Assembly (NCBI GenBank): GCA_964036045.1
Contig: OZ038378.1
Span: 187,488,001-187,552,000 of the forward strand
DNA length: 64,000 bases
Source: Eutreptiella sp. 'Long Island Sound 2002'
Lineage: Eukaryota; Protista; Euglenida
Direction: 5' to 3'
Position numbers and translations under genes: made by a program. Of this stretch, positions 36,561 through 61,110 are shown in pieces. Every line of letters begins with the position of its first letter. Position 1 is the stretch's first letter. The notes below the pieces were generated by a model. That model searched no databases and was not told the DNA's origin. It worked only from the letters and a program-made list of their open reading frames with translations.

Positions 36561-39133
36561 GGCAGACGCCACCAGCACCCACTGCTGGGGTCTGAGAAAA
36601 TTTGTTGGACCCTGGACGTGGGGAGTGGTACGGGATGGGGCAGGGAGAGACATCAATCTTCAGCTGACTGAACGGGGTACTTCTTTCACCACACGAGAAA
36701 AAGGAATTCAGGGCATGCACCAAAACACCGCTGTGTGAGTGAGGCACCCACATAAAGACATGACCGTGTGCATACGACTAGCCCTGGTCATCTACTGTCT
36801 GGTAAGGGTGCGGAAGGGGACTGGTGTGGGAACGAAATGAGGATACAAAATTCTCAGATCAAAGGCTTTACAAAACGATGGCCTTTTCTTATGTTCCTAT
36901 GTACAGTGCTTACCCAAAGTTAGGACAGAAGGCTCTCAGGTAACTGTTCTCCGACTCTGTGTCACGATGTTGATCATGGGATGGTTGGGAGGATGCATGG
37001 AGGGTTAATTGGAAGGACCAATGGGATGATTGGTGGGACGATTGTTGAGCTGATCGCTCGAATGGCTGATAGCTAAGGTGCGTGTGGGGATTCTTTTACA
37101 GTTATTGGTCGGATGGCGAGTGACCTTCCATCCTCGCAGCCATTCCGATGTTCATTCCAACGATCCAGGGGGTAGCGGGCATGTTTAGTGAGAGAAAGCT
37201 CTCAGACATGGTAGTGCAGGGAATTGCTATGCCGCAAGTAGGTACATAAATCTGTAACAAGCACCATTCAAGTAGCTGCAACACCCAAACATCATGAAAT
37301 CAGATAAAACAGGACGAATGTAGTAGGAAGTAAAAGACAACCTCAACAGCATGCTCAATGGCGAACCAGCCGCTATGTACGGCGTGGTTGCTGTGAACCC
37401 ACATCAAATGGGATATGCTGCCTCACCGTCCAAGCTTGCGACACTTCCGTGCAACCTCCCACGCAAATCGTCCCACGCAGCCGTTGCGACGCCTTCACAC
37501 AACCGCTTTCGGGCAGTGCGGTGCCCACAACCCTCCACACACCCCACAAAGCCAAACCCTCGCGTGCAGCAGGTCAAACATCCCCGCGCATTTACGCAGT
37601 CTGCCATCCGGGGTGTGTGGAGCCATTCCCCTAACAAAACACACGGGATACCCAACGAACAGTTGTTGTCGGCCTGAAAATCCAACCGAAGCTCTCCAGG
37701 GCACAACTACTCTCCACTGGCACAACACCTGTCCTACACGTTCCGTCCCATGCGAGAGTCCCACACTCGGCCTCTCCGACACAACCTGTCCCAAACAAAC
37801 GGGTTGGATTGTGGAAGGTGTCTGCCGGCTCCACCGATACCTTCCTTGCCATCCGCCCCTGCCCCCAAATGATGGTCTCTCTCGTCCCCAATCATTGCCG
37901 GGTCGCCCTTTTCCAGCCCTGCCTCCGTTAAGACCCGGTCCCTTTCCATACCTAGCTTCCCCCCAGCAATACACGTCCTGTGTCTGTCATTCTGTCATTT
38001 TCCTCAGTGCAAATGCTCAGCACTTTTCAGACAGCCATGCATCTTGAGCACTGTCTCAGAGTCTCAGTGGGTCATACACTGTCATTCATGAAAATGTGTC
38101 AAGTCTAGTCGCATCAGTCTGGCACCGCCTGTATTCAATGCCTCTACGGAGACGTTTCCGCACAGCGCGCGCAGGGCTCCCTTCATTGGGGTTCATGTCC
38201 CACAACCCCAAAACCACCCGACACACAATACCCCCGCCTGTTATGGTCCAAACTCTTCACAGCCTCAGAAAAACGTCCCTCCGACTGCATCACACCTTTC
38301 TGTTGCATGCTTCCCTCCTCTTGCTCCCTCTCCCATCAGGTCACACGGGCAAGGCACAGGACATGAAAAGGTAGAACTTGCGCCCTTACGCACAGCGCGC
38401 GCACAGCACAAGGCGCCCTCGAGATGCAGCCCAAGACAATTCGGTCTGCAGCATACGGAATTCGGGCACAGTGCGGGCCCCATCTGCAATGTCCTGCATC
38501 GACATCGCAGAATCGAAAACGGCCGCAAACTGCAAACCCACTTTCCCACCTACAAATCGTGCTCAACACTTGTACCTCTGAATACGATAATCAACCAAAA
38601 TAACACCATCCAAGTAGACAGAATGCGCGACTTTTCGGAACGCCTTTCAAGGTCAAGGAGAACAAAATCTGCTGGACCCTCAGACAAGCGTTGGTTGACC
38701 GGCACCTGCCAAGGGGCACCCGCCGACCGCCGTCGGCCACACGCCGGAATGGCCAGAGGTACGCGAATACCGTCAGGTGACGGTCGACTCCCGCTGCTTG
38801 ACCATTTAACCGGCGTCCATAGAACGCCGACCGCCGTCAGTGGGCACCGAATCCGAGCGGTCGATGCCCTTCGGAGCGGAGGCATCATTCGGCACAACAT
38901 GCAACTCTTGTACAGTTCATGACGGACTACTGGGAGTAGTTTTCAGAGCAGCGCAGCGGGCTGCGCTTCACATACAACGTGCACGAGAAAGAGTGCAGAG
39001 GAGGATGAGGCGGTACCCTGTGTGGGCCTTCTGGCCGATTTGCCCACATCGTCGTGATTTTCCCGATTCCTTTTTTTTTTACGGGGATGGAGGTCTGGGC
39101 TGGTTGCGACCACAGGTGGGCTCACGAAGGAGT

Positions 39134-39330
39134 TCTTCGTGTCATCTAGCCTCAGTGACAAGCGTACAATTTCCAAACCAGAGGTACGGGGTTCGATTCC
39201 CACCCGGAGGAGACGCCACATACACCCAAATCCACAATGCATGCACCCACTTAGGCCAGAGGTTGTATATCAGACTCTCGAAAACTTCCCATATATTCAA
39301 CCCCCGTGTGAACAGGAGGAGGGGGTGAGG
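39134..39330 (+). mobile_element. tRNA-derived SINE-like element (head about 39134-39211)
   Basis: A-box-like TAGCCTCAGTGACAAG, TTCCAAA loop and B-box GGTTCGATTCCC. The anticodon and T stems do not pair, so this is not a functional tRNA. The 3' end is approximate. Confidence 0.6.
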
Positions 39331-40529
39331 AAGGGGGTCCAGGGGGCGGGGGGCTCCGTGCTCCGTCCCACGAGGCTGCGTCAGCGGCCCCACTCCTGCT
39401 GTGCTGGGGTACGAATCCCCAGCCCTCTACGTGTGGGTACAACCGAAAAGTAACGGTCCAACGTCACAGTACGCGCCCGCTGACATGCCCAACGTGGGGG
39501 GGCACACCAAGTTTCTGCCCGTGACGCAAGGCTGTGCGTGGTCAGCAGGGGCCCGGAATTTGATTGCGGGGGGGCTAGAGCCCCTTGGCCGGACCTTTCC
39601 CCCAAAAGGGCGGCATTGCGGCCGGGATATTCCCTGCCACACGACATGCAAAGGGGCGGCAAAAACATAAGACACAAAGTACACGCATGCCTACCCCCAG
39701 TTCCTCAGACGGTTGCGCCGCGCGCGCGCCGTCCGAAGACACCTGGCGAAACAGATCTACGGATAAGATGCGCGTCTGCAGCCGCTCTGGCGTAACAACA
39801 CTGGCCAACAGGAGCACATTGGAACTGACCCCTCCCAGACGCCCCCTGACATCGGGAGGTCTTATGCCCTTTCTTCTGGGGTCCGAACGCTATGCCCACA
39901 AAGTGGCTGCTGACTACTGCGACCGTCCAGTTGTGAGAGATCTGGCATTGTACGCTTGTAGTTCGAGCCATGGTCATGGCGCTGTACATTGGGGCGTCCT
40001 GAGGACGTCATGTGGGTTTCGATGCTTTTCTGATGGACTGTGTGTGCGACTTTGTGCGCGACGGTGTGTGACTGAGTATGAATGTGCAAGTGTATGTGTC
40101 TGCAGATGTGACTGTGCGTGTGACTGTGTGTGTGACTGCGTATGACTGCATAACGGTGCGCGAATGTCTGTAAATATGTGTGTGTGTGTGTGCGCGCGCG
40201 CGCGTGTGTGTGTGTATGTGTATGTGACGGCGTGTGCGGCAGTATGTTTGATGGTGTGTTGCAGAAACGCCCCTTTCCCTCCCACGAAGTGTCATCACGT
40301 TGGTGACTTCTTGTGGCGTGTGTCATAAAGGCTGAGTGAGTATGCGGTTGGTAGTTCCGTTGCCTCGGGGGGGGGCTACAACAATTACAGCTGCAGAATG
40401 GTGCTTCTTCCGGACTCAATGGGAGAGCCACCTGCGCAGTGCGCGCGGTGCAGTGGCACTCCGATGGTCAAAACAGAATCGTTCGGGATCCAGCAGCGTG
40501 TAAGGCGGTGGCGCGTGCGCGTTGTGAGG

Positions 40530-40712
40530 GCCAGGGGACAAGGGGAGGAGACGAAGAGGAGAGCCGCCGCCATGATGCTTAGCCGGACGGGTTGGGACAG
40601 AACCCCCCTCTCGGTCGCAGCCAGACCGGTGAGGGCCGGCGGGCACCATGGGGATGTGCCGCGGGTGCGCCCTACCGGGGGACCGCATCTCCTCCTCCTC
40701 CTCCTCCTCCTC
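40530..40712 (+). mobile_element. 5'-truncated copy of the LINE 3' end with a (TCC)n tail
   Basis: GGGGAGGAGAC.AAGAGGAGAGCCGC.GCCATGATGCT...CCATGGGG...GCGCCCTACCGGGG..CGCATCTCCTCCTCC is an inverted homolog of 43791-43965. Confidence 0.8.
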
Positions 40713-40859
40713 GTTCGTCACTACTGCGGGCGAGCCATCACCGCAGTTCCGGTTTGCGTGAAGCCGGAGGCAGGGGAAGTTGGCTCTTACCCTGACCTGA
40801 CGCCGCGACTTCAACGAACACTGCCCATTCGGACCGCAGGCCATGTACTTGAGCCCGTG

Positions 40860-43800
40860 CTACAGCAAGTGAATGGCCGCCAGCATCTGCGCCGGAAGAC
40901 TGGACTCCAATTGCGGTGGGCCGAAGCTGCAGGACGCGGTGGGCGCGAAGCTGAGGGACGCGGGCCCGAAGCTGGAGGTCGCCGAGAAGCTGGGCTCCTG
41001 TGAGAAATCGGGGCAAAGCGACTTGACAAAGATGCATCCCAGTGTCCCTCACGCCTGCAGCCGACAAAACACCCCCTCCATTCAGCATCGGTCTCCATCG
41101 ATTCGCCTCAAAAAGGGGTCGCTTGTTTTCGGGATGTCGCTTAGGGCCGTCTCACTGCCGTCGGGACGGATAGTACTGACGCCGTGTGGTGGGGGCGCTG
41201 GCGCCGGGTGCAGACGGCGCAGGATTATGCGACGGGCTGCACGGACCCTGCCATGGTTCGGCCGCTGGACCCCCCCTCGTGAGCCCGTTCGGTGTCAGAC
41301 CGGCTGGTTTTGTGTTGCCCCGTGTCATGCGGGGCCCTGAATTCTGCTGATGAAGTGAGGTGAGGTGAGGTTGCCCGGCGATCTCCAGACGCTAGCGTAA
41401 CGGCGTAACGGTACAGGCGTCCCTTCCGGCTCCCGATGGCATCGACACCCTAGCGCCTGGGACAACCGTCCACTGCCGCTTACGGGGATTTGAACCGTGT
41501 ACTTCTAGATCCGGTGCCAGGTGCATGACGGCTGAGCTACGCGACCTCTGTGTTGCCTGACGATGGGGCTCACTGGGCCTGAGGCTGTGCGGATGAATAA
41601 ACAAGTTGACGTTCCTGAGACACGACCCGTGTCTCACAGGTCGTTAGATCACTGTCCATGCGACCACAACATATCGCCGCTGCCGGACGTCGCCCACGAT
41701 GACGATCGGACACCGCCGGTTCCGGGTCTTCGTGCAGCCAAAGGCGCTGTAGCCTTTTGGGGGGGGGGGAAGGGGGTTCGTAAAGGCTGGACGTTCGTGT
41801 ACCAGCAGCTGAGAACAGGCCTTGTCTCACACAAGCGGGAGTCAAAGAGATATGCACCATTGCCCCCTTCTGCACTCAACCACGGCCTGAGAAATCCCGC
41901 CGACCTTTCATTACAAACAGCCAGAGGCCAGACCCAGGCCATTGCTTCATGACATGGAGCCCATTGTTTTTTGGAAAGGCGGGGGGTCGTTCCATACAAC
42001 CGGCGTCTAGTGTCATGTCTGTTGTGTGACCTGCTTGTGTTGATCAGGGTCGTCTGTGCCTTTCGGCAGTGCGGGCGTGGGGCAGAGCGGAGCGTTGGCC
42101 CCATGCTCACCTTTGCGGCATACTGCCCACGTGGCTAAGACAGGGTGGCAGAAAGTAGTTTTGATGGGTGAGGGTGGGACAGTTGTCCCCCTGCTCACAG
42201 GTGCTGCCTCTGCCCCTTGGCGTCCCTCCCGTGCCGGCGCCGGGGTGCTTCACACACGCCGAGGGGGGGGGGGGGGACCAAAAAGGCACCCACCGGTCCA
42301 CCGTCTGACCAACATTGCGCCCCATCACCCCCCGAGTGCTGCCCCCCCACCAACCCCCTCCCCTCCCTGAGGAGGCACCCACGAAAACGGCAGGCGGTCC
42401 ATCCCCAGGGGTGAGGGACCACTAAGATATGACGTGGGGCATCTGCCTTTTTTGGTCCTGGACGCTAGTGCCAAAGGGGGGGTAAAGGGTTGGCGAGCAA
42501 GAGTTTGCCGACACACATACTTGTGTACATATATAAAACCCTTCCCCCCCCCACACACACCCCGACGCACCGCGGCGCGACGGAAGGACTCGAGCCTCCG
42601 TGCTCCGGTGATTTCAGCCGAGGCCCTCCCATGCGCCAGAATTGGCGCCCCACCGCCCCCCCTATGCGCCGGCGGCGTCCCCTTGGGGCCCCCCGCGAGG
42701 GAACCGGAGCTAAGATATGACGTGGGCCCCTGTGCCCTGCTGTTCATCGCCCAAAACGACATTGGGAGATGCCCGGGGTCTACAAGGGCCCTGACTTACG
42801 GGGATGAAGCTCTGTGTGCTCGGTCGATTTTGTGGTGATCCCATGCATCTTCGTGCACAGTGGCACGCATGAAAAGACGGGGGGCGAGAGCCAAAATGTG
42901 GCCTGGTGCGCGCAGTGCGCGCACAGTGCCGTGTGTCGCTGGTTGTCCGGGCCGCTGAGGAGACGCCGTACCAACTGTGCGACACAGGGCACACCCGCGG
43001 CACACCAGAATGTCTGCGCGCAAGCCCATGTCCCAACGCTGCAATGGTGAGTAGTGGGGCGGACATTCCACTCTCAAAGTGCGCCTTCCCTTCCACTCCC
43101 AAGACATACAAAATGACGGGGTCGCCATCTGTGGTGCCGTGTGGCATGGTGGCTGACCATGTGGTAGAAGAAAAGTGGGGGAGGGATTGGTGGGGGAGGG
43201 GGGGCGGGGTTGGCCAGCACCCCCCCCCCCCGTCCTACAGTTGTCAACCTGTCAACCTGATCGTGACGGAAGACTTCTCACCTGAAGCACACATGATAAG
43301 AGGGGGAGGGGATGGGGAGGGGGTCCAACGGGTGGGGAACTCCCGCCTCCGATGGTTGTCAGCCGCCAAAACATTGTTGATCTTCACTTCACCACCTCAG
43401 GAGGCGTTGCCCAACGCATTCTCCATTTGCATTTGGGTGGGAGAGGGCTGTTTACCACGATCTGCCAGGCACAGCCATGCCCACGGCAGGATCCACACCT
43501 TGGCTCCCTTCAGCACAGCCTTGGGACTCAGCCGGATTGACGATGCACTCAGGTCCCGGATGGACGACGCAGCGAACGCCGGAGACATGGAAGTTCGTAA
43601 ATGGAAATCTCTGCGTTGGCTCTCCCTCTGGCCCGCGATTTCTGACAAAATCTAAGCACAAAATCAGGAAAGCCACCATCGATTCTCTTTGCACTCGTGG
43701 ACAAATCCTGGTCTATAAACTCCTCTCAGTCTCTACAAATTCCTCAGGTGCAATAGAAAACACACACATGCGCGCACACACACACACATAGGAGGAGGAG

Positions 43801-46214
43801 AAGGAGGAGGAGATGCAGTACCCCGGTAGGGCGCACAGCTCGCCAACCCCATGGCGCCTGCCGGCCCCCAGCGACCAGGTCGTCGGTGGGGTGGCCCTGA
43901 TCGCGGGCCTACCCAGCTCAGCATCATGGCTGCGGCTCTCCTCTTTGTCTCCTCCCCATGGACTCCTGACCCATGCAACACCCCGGCCGTGTGCTGCAAG
44001 TACCACTCAGGCAGCCTAGGAGGGACGGCGAGACAGGGAATCCGGCTGCACTTCTGGTCTGGCTGCCACCCCCCCCCCCAAGGGATTGGGGACACAATCA
44101 CACGGGTGTGAGCCCTTAGCCCGCCACGTACTACCGAAGGGCAGCATTTGGCCGGCGGGTCACGGCGGCCTAGTCCATCGCCTCATCCCACACACCCCCA
44201 TACAGCCCCCATGCCAGCCCCCATAGCACCTGTACACGGTCAGCCCAACCCCCTCAGCTCTGATTCCAAAAGGGAAAGTACCTGAGATCGGGGTGTGCCC
44301 AAGAAGATCACCGTGCTGGTCACAATGCTAGCCCCCGTAGCTCAGGAAGGTTCGGGAGGCGGAGCTGGTCGTGATCGATGGACTAGGCAGCCTACCGTCC
44401 CGTCGCTTGGTCTGGGTTATTGGGTATGGCCCACCGCAATGCTACGTGAAAATGTAGGAGATCCGGGTCCTGCACGATCGTTGGGGGGCTAGCCACCTGC
44501 GCGATCTGCTGATGGCCATGCTACACATGGCTGGGTTCCAAGCCCGGGCCAGCGACTAGGAGCTTTGGGAAGCGGGTGATTCGTACACCAATGGGCCCAC
44601 TAGGCCCCACCCCAATCAGACGGTAGCACCTGCTCTTGGGTCAAGAGGGCCATGAGGCACCCCCGCTCACACACCGGCCATAGTAGCCGCGCTGTGGGCC
44701 AATGGCTGGAGATGGCCGGGCGGGTATCCCAGGAGCCGGGTGGACAGGTCCCACACATGCCCCTCCGGGTCCCCAAAGACAACTTCGGGCTCGGACGGTA
44801 CAACGGGCATCTCCGGCTTGCGATCCAGGGCATCCCAAAAGTTGACCACGAGGGCCACCACACGATGTGCTGCCCCCGCCACCAACCCACAGTCATACAT
44901 ATACATGTGATCCGTGTCTACCAAGTGCTACCAACCACACTCATAGCGAAAGTGTCCGGCCTGCACAAGACCAAGACCCCCCACTCTGTCACGGCCCGCT
45001 GTTTCCAGCGAGTGCAAAAGGTCTCCTGCCGCGTATGCAACTGTGAGTGCACGGCCAGCCGGAAGAGGTGCCGCCACGGGCAGCCCTCCACCAAATAGTT
45101 AGCCGTCACCTCTTGGCGGCAAGCCGGACAAGGTCGAGAATCCACCGAAGGCGTTAAACCCTCCCAGCGAGCCATTGTATGTACATGTGCCCCCCACCGG
45201 ATCAGCCCCCATCCAATCACCGAATGATAAGTGTCCAAGGACTTCGGCGGGGGGCACTCCAGGGCGCTAGTATGTAGGAGCCACGGCAAGAGGGCGACGG
45301 TCTGTACATGGCAGTCCAGGTTGTGCAGTTGGACCCCATTGTGCAGAAAGCATACCCGTGGTTCCCGCACACCACGTACCCACCCCACCTGTGGCTTGGC
45401 AACTTGGGCCTAGCACTTGGCCACCCCGTCGGCGTTATCTAGCAGTGCGTCTAGGAATGCGCCGACCCTGTGGGAGTAAATGCCCGGGGACGTCGACGCC
45501 CATCCCCGACGCCCATCCCCAGCAAACCGCGGCAGGCCCGCAAAAGGTCATCCGACGGCAGAGATGACCTGGGGTTGTGCAATTGGACTGTGTCTCTGTA
45601 GTCCTTACTGTCGTGGAAGGACCACTGGGTGCCCCGCACCCCCCACACCACACGCCCCACAAGCCCAGAGGATTATCTAGGCCACGTACAGCTCAGCGTG
45701 GTACGGTCATACACACACACACACACGTTCAGAACCGCAAAATAAGAACAAAGCAAGAAAAGCGGTTGGAGAAAGTTCCTCGGGGAAAGCATAGCTGTCC
45801 TAGACATCTTTCAGTGTGTCACACATGCACACACACGTTGAGAACCGCGAGACAAGAACAAAGCAAGAAAAGCGGTGGAAAGAAAACTCCTCCGGAACAG
45901 CAGAGCTGTCCTGGACGTCTTTCGGTCTGGTGAAGATGACACGGATGGAAGCATGTTCAGTGCTGGGCAAAGCAAATGAACCTCTCCCTTCCCCAGACCA
46001 CAAAAATCACCCTCAGAGGAGCTCGTGAACTTCCTATGCCACAGCCTAGAGTTATCGTGTGCTGGGTGCAACCACCCCGCCACACACACACAAAAGAACA
46101 GAGGGGGTTGGAGAGGGGATCAGGGGAATGCAGCAATGCTGCGCAGCAGTGCAATGTCTTCGCACCAGGTGGGGGTGTAGCCTTCCGGCTGAAACTCTGT
46201 GGGGACACACACAT

Positions 46215-46272
<58 letters not shown>

Positions 46273-46763
46273 GAACACCCGGATTCCGCGTGCGAATTGA
46301 AGAAGCAAGAGATGAAGCAGAATTGGCACATGGATCTGAGTGACTGCGGTACTCTTGTCAGCACCCAATGTTCAAATCAAATACAAGAGCATTACGGCAC
46401 AGGCACCTTCTTGCGACAGCGAGGCGCATGTGCAAGCATTCCATTCCGGCAGCCCAAACAATTGTCGGCCACACCCACACACACACACACACACACGCAC
46501 ACACACATCGCACAAAAAAAGAGCCTTGCAGTGTGGCAGTGTACTGAAGAATACCACAGCCCTGTGCCCCTTGCAGACAGAAGAATGGAGACGCACTCAG
46601 AGGTGATGACACTAACATCAGTGTCCAATGTTCCTTTCCCTCTCCCCAGCCACGCCTCGCTCCTCATCTGCCCTTCGCTCTTGCCCCTCTCCCTGCTCTC
46701 GTTGCGGTCTGTGCCCGTTACGGACGAGTGATTCACAGCATTGGGATCAGCGGCCCCCGGCGT
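40860..46763 (-). CDS. Candidate Ser/Pro-rich 3' exons of the coiled-coil gene
   Basis: A phase-compatible chain can be built from exons at about 46655-46763 (0 to 2), about 46020-46058 (2 to 1), 43499-43641 (1 to 0, donor AAG|GTGTGG) and 40860-40997 (acceptor CTCACAG|, EPSFSATSS...AIHLL*). This is not unique without RNA data. Confidence 0.4.
41390..41546 (-). mobile_element. Second tRNA-derived SINE-like element of a different family
   Basis: Minus strand GGTCGCGTAGCTCAGCCGTC...GGTTCAAATCCCCG has A and B boxes at tRNA spacing but no intact cloverleaf. It is followed by a short body ending in TTACGCCG/TTACGCTA repeats. Confidence 0.6.
43791..45680 (-). mobile_element. 5'-truncated, decayed non-LTR retrotransposon ending in (TCC)n
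   Basis: Contains a C-terminal zinc-knuckle-like segment RWEGLTPSVDSRPCPACRQEVTANYLVEGCP (His lost), frameshifted flanking coding remnants, and a 3' tail shared with 40530-40712. Confidence 0.65.
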
Positions 46764-46858
46764 CTGGTGCGTGCGGAGGACTAACCGCGTCATGAGTCTG
46801 AGTCGCCTTAGTCATATTTTGTCTGCATGCGACCTCCTTCAGCGCAGCCATGACACAC

Positions 46859-59804
<12,946 letters not shown>

Positions 59805-60469
59805 CTTGAGGCCGATAATCATTTTATAGGAACAATTATGTGACGGTATGTCGTTTATGTAGGTTGGAATAGTTTTGTCCCTCTTTTTCTTCTCTAGCAA
59901 TAGCATAGCAACATAGCAACCCTCATCTGATCGCATGCAACCGATTGCCTGTCAACATTGGCACCAAGAAATACGCGCATCGCATCGCAACAAAGCATCC
60001 CTTTCTAGCGCAATGTTGTCAATGGGGATGAGCTTTCCTTGAAAAACGTGGTGGCGGCTACTACCGCGGTCAACTACCAAGTGTGAAGAACCACAGGGAA
60101 TCCGCGTGCTGATCGAAGGAGGTTCAATCATAAACGTTGCCGTCCACACGCTAAGCCCCGCCCTCCCGCCCATTTCTCCCCTTGCGGTATGGTCGAGCTC
60201 CCCACTACCTTCAAGAGGCCCGGGAAAAGAAAGTCAAGGACGATTGGCCAAGTCCCATACAATCTGTGTCAGACACCATGCAACAATCCGCCACAGAGGC
60301 TCCACAGCTTATTAACATGGACCGGGCATCATTGATGAGAACTTCATCTTTCTCAACCGTGCGTCGCATCCTCTCACAATGGAAGCAACTGTGGCACTTG
60401 GGATGCGATAATGTTGGGGCTAATTAGTGGGTGTGAATTTTGGATTTCCCTCCCCTCGAACGCAGGATT

Positions 60470-61110
60470 GGGGGGGGGTTACTTTTCACGTCCGTGTTGG
60501 GCCTGTATTAACACAACACAGGAGGGGGAGGGGGGGTACTTTTCACCGGCGTGTTGGGGCCGTGTTAACACGTCCAATAGGTGGGGTGTTGTGTTATGTG
60601 TTGTTGTGTTGTGTTGTGTTGAGTTGTGTTGTATTGTGTTGTGTTGTGTTGTGTTGTGTTATTCCTTGTTTTGTTTTGGTCTTTTTTGTTGTGTCATTGT
60701 GTTGTGTTCTTCTTTTTTTTGTTTTTTGTTTGTGGTGTGGTGTGGTGTGGTGTGGTGTTGTATTATGTTGTGTGGTGTTGTGTTGTGTCGTGTTGTGTTG
60801 TGTTGTGTTGTGTTGTGTTGCGTTGCGTTGTGTTGTGTTGTGTTGTGTTGTATTGTGTCATGTTGTGTTGTGTTGTGTTGTGTTTTGTTGTGTGGTCGTG
60901 TTATTCCTTGTTTTGTTTTGGTTTGTTTGTTTGGTTTGTTTGGTTTTGGTGTCATTTTGTGTTGTGTTCTTTGGCTTCTTGTGTTGCCATGGGGTGGACG
61001 AAGGGGGGGGGGGTTCACCTCCGTGTTGGGCCTGTGGTAACACAACACAGGAGGGGGAGGGGGGGTACTTTTCACCTCTGTGTTGGCCGGCCGTGATAAC
61101 ACGCCTTTTG
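60470..61110 (+). repeat. (TGTTG)n-filled element bounded by repeated ACACAACACAGGAGGGGGAGGGGGGTACTTTTCACC blocks
   Basis: The block occurs at about 60510-60548 and 61040-61077; a pentamer array fills 60590-60965. Confidence 0.9.

Noticed and set aside
39134-39211. Functional tRNA-Trp(CCA)
   Set aside because: The anticodon and T stems do not pair; it is treated as a SINE head.
38340-39890. Possible extra gene: minus-strand exons at about 39745-39890 (...ILSVDLFRQ|) and about 38575-38716 (VPVNQRLSEG...), or a plus-strand open frame 38341-38922 after a pyrimidine tract and AG
   Set aside because: The candidates on the two strands conflict, have no recognisable motif, and no start or end could be fixed; unresolved without RNA-seq.
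46575-46605. Second SL-like relic (minus strand ACCTCTGAGTGCGTCTCCATTCTTC)
   Set aside because: Only an 8-nt exact core, needs gaps, and lies inside a gene rather than before a start codon; compatible with chance.
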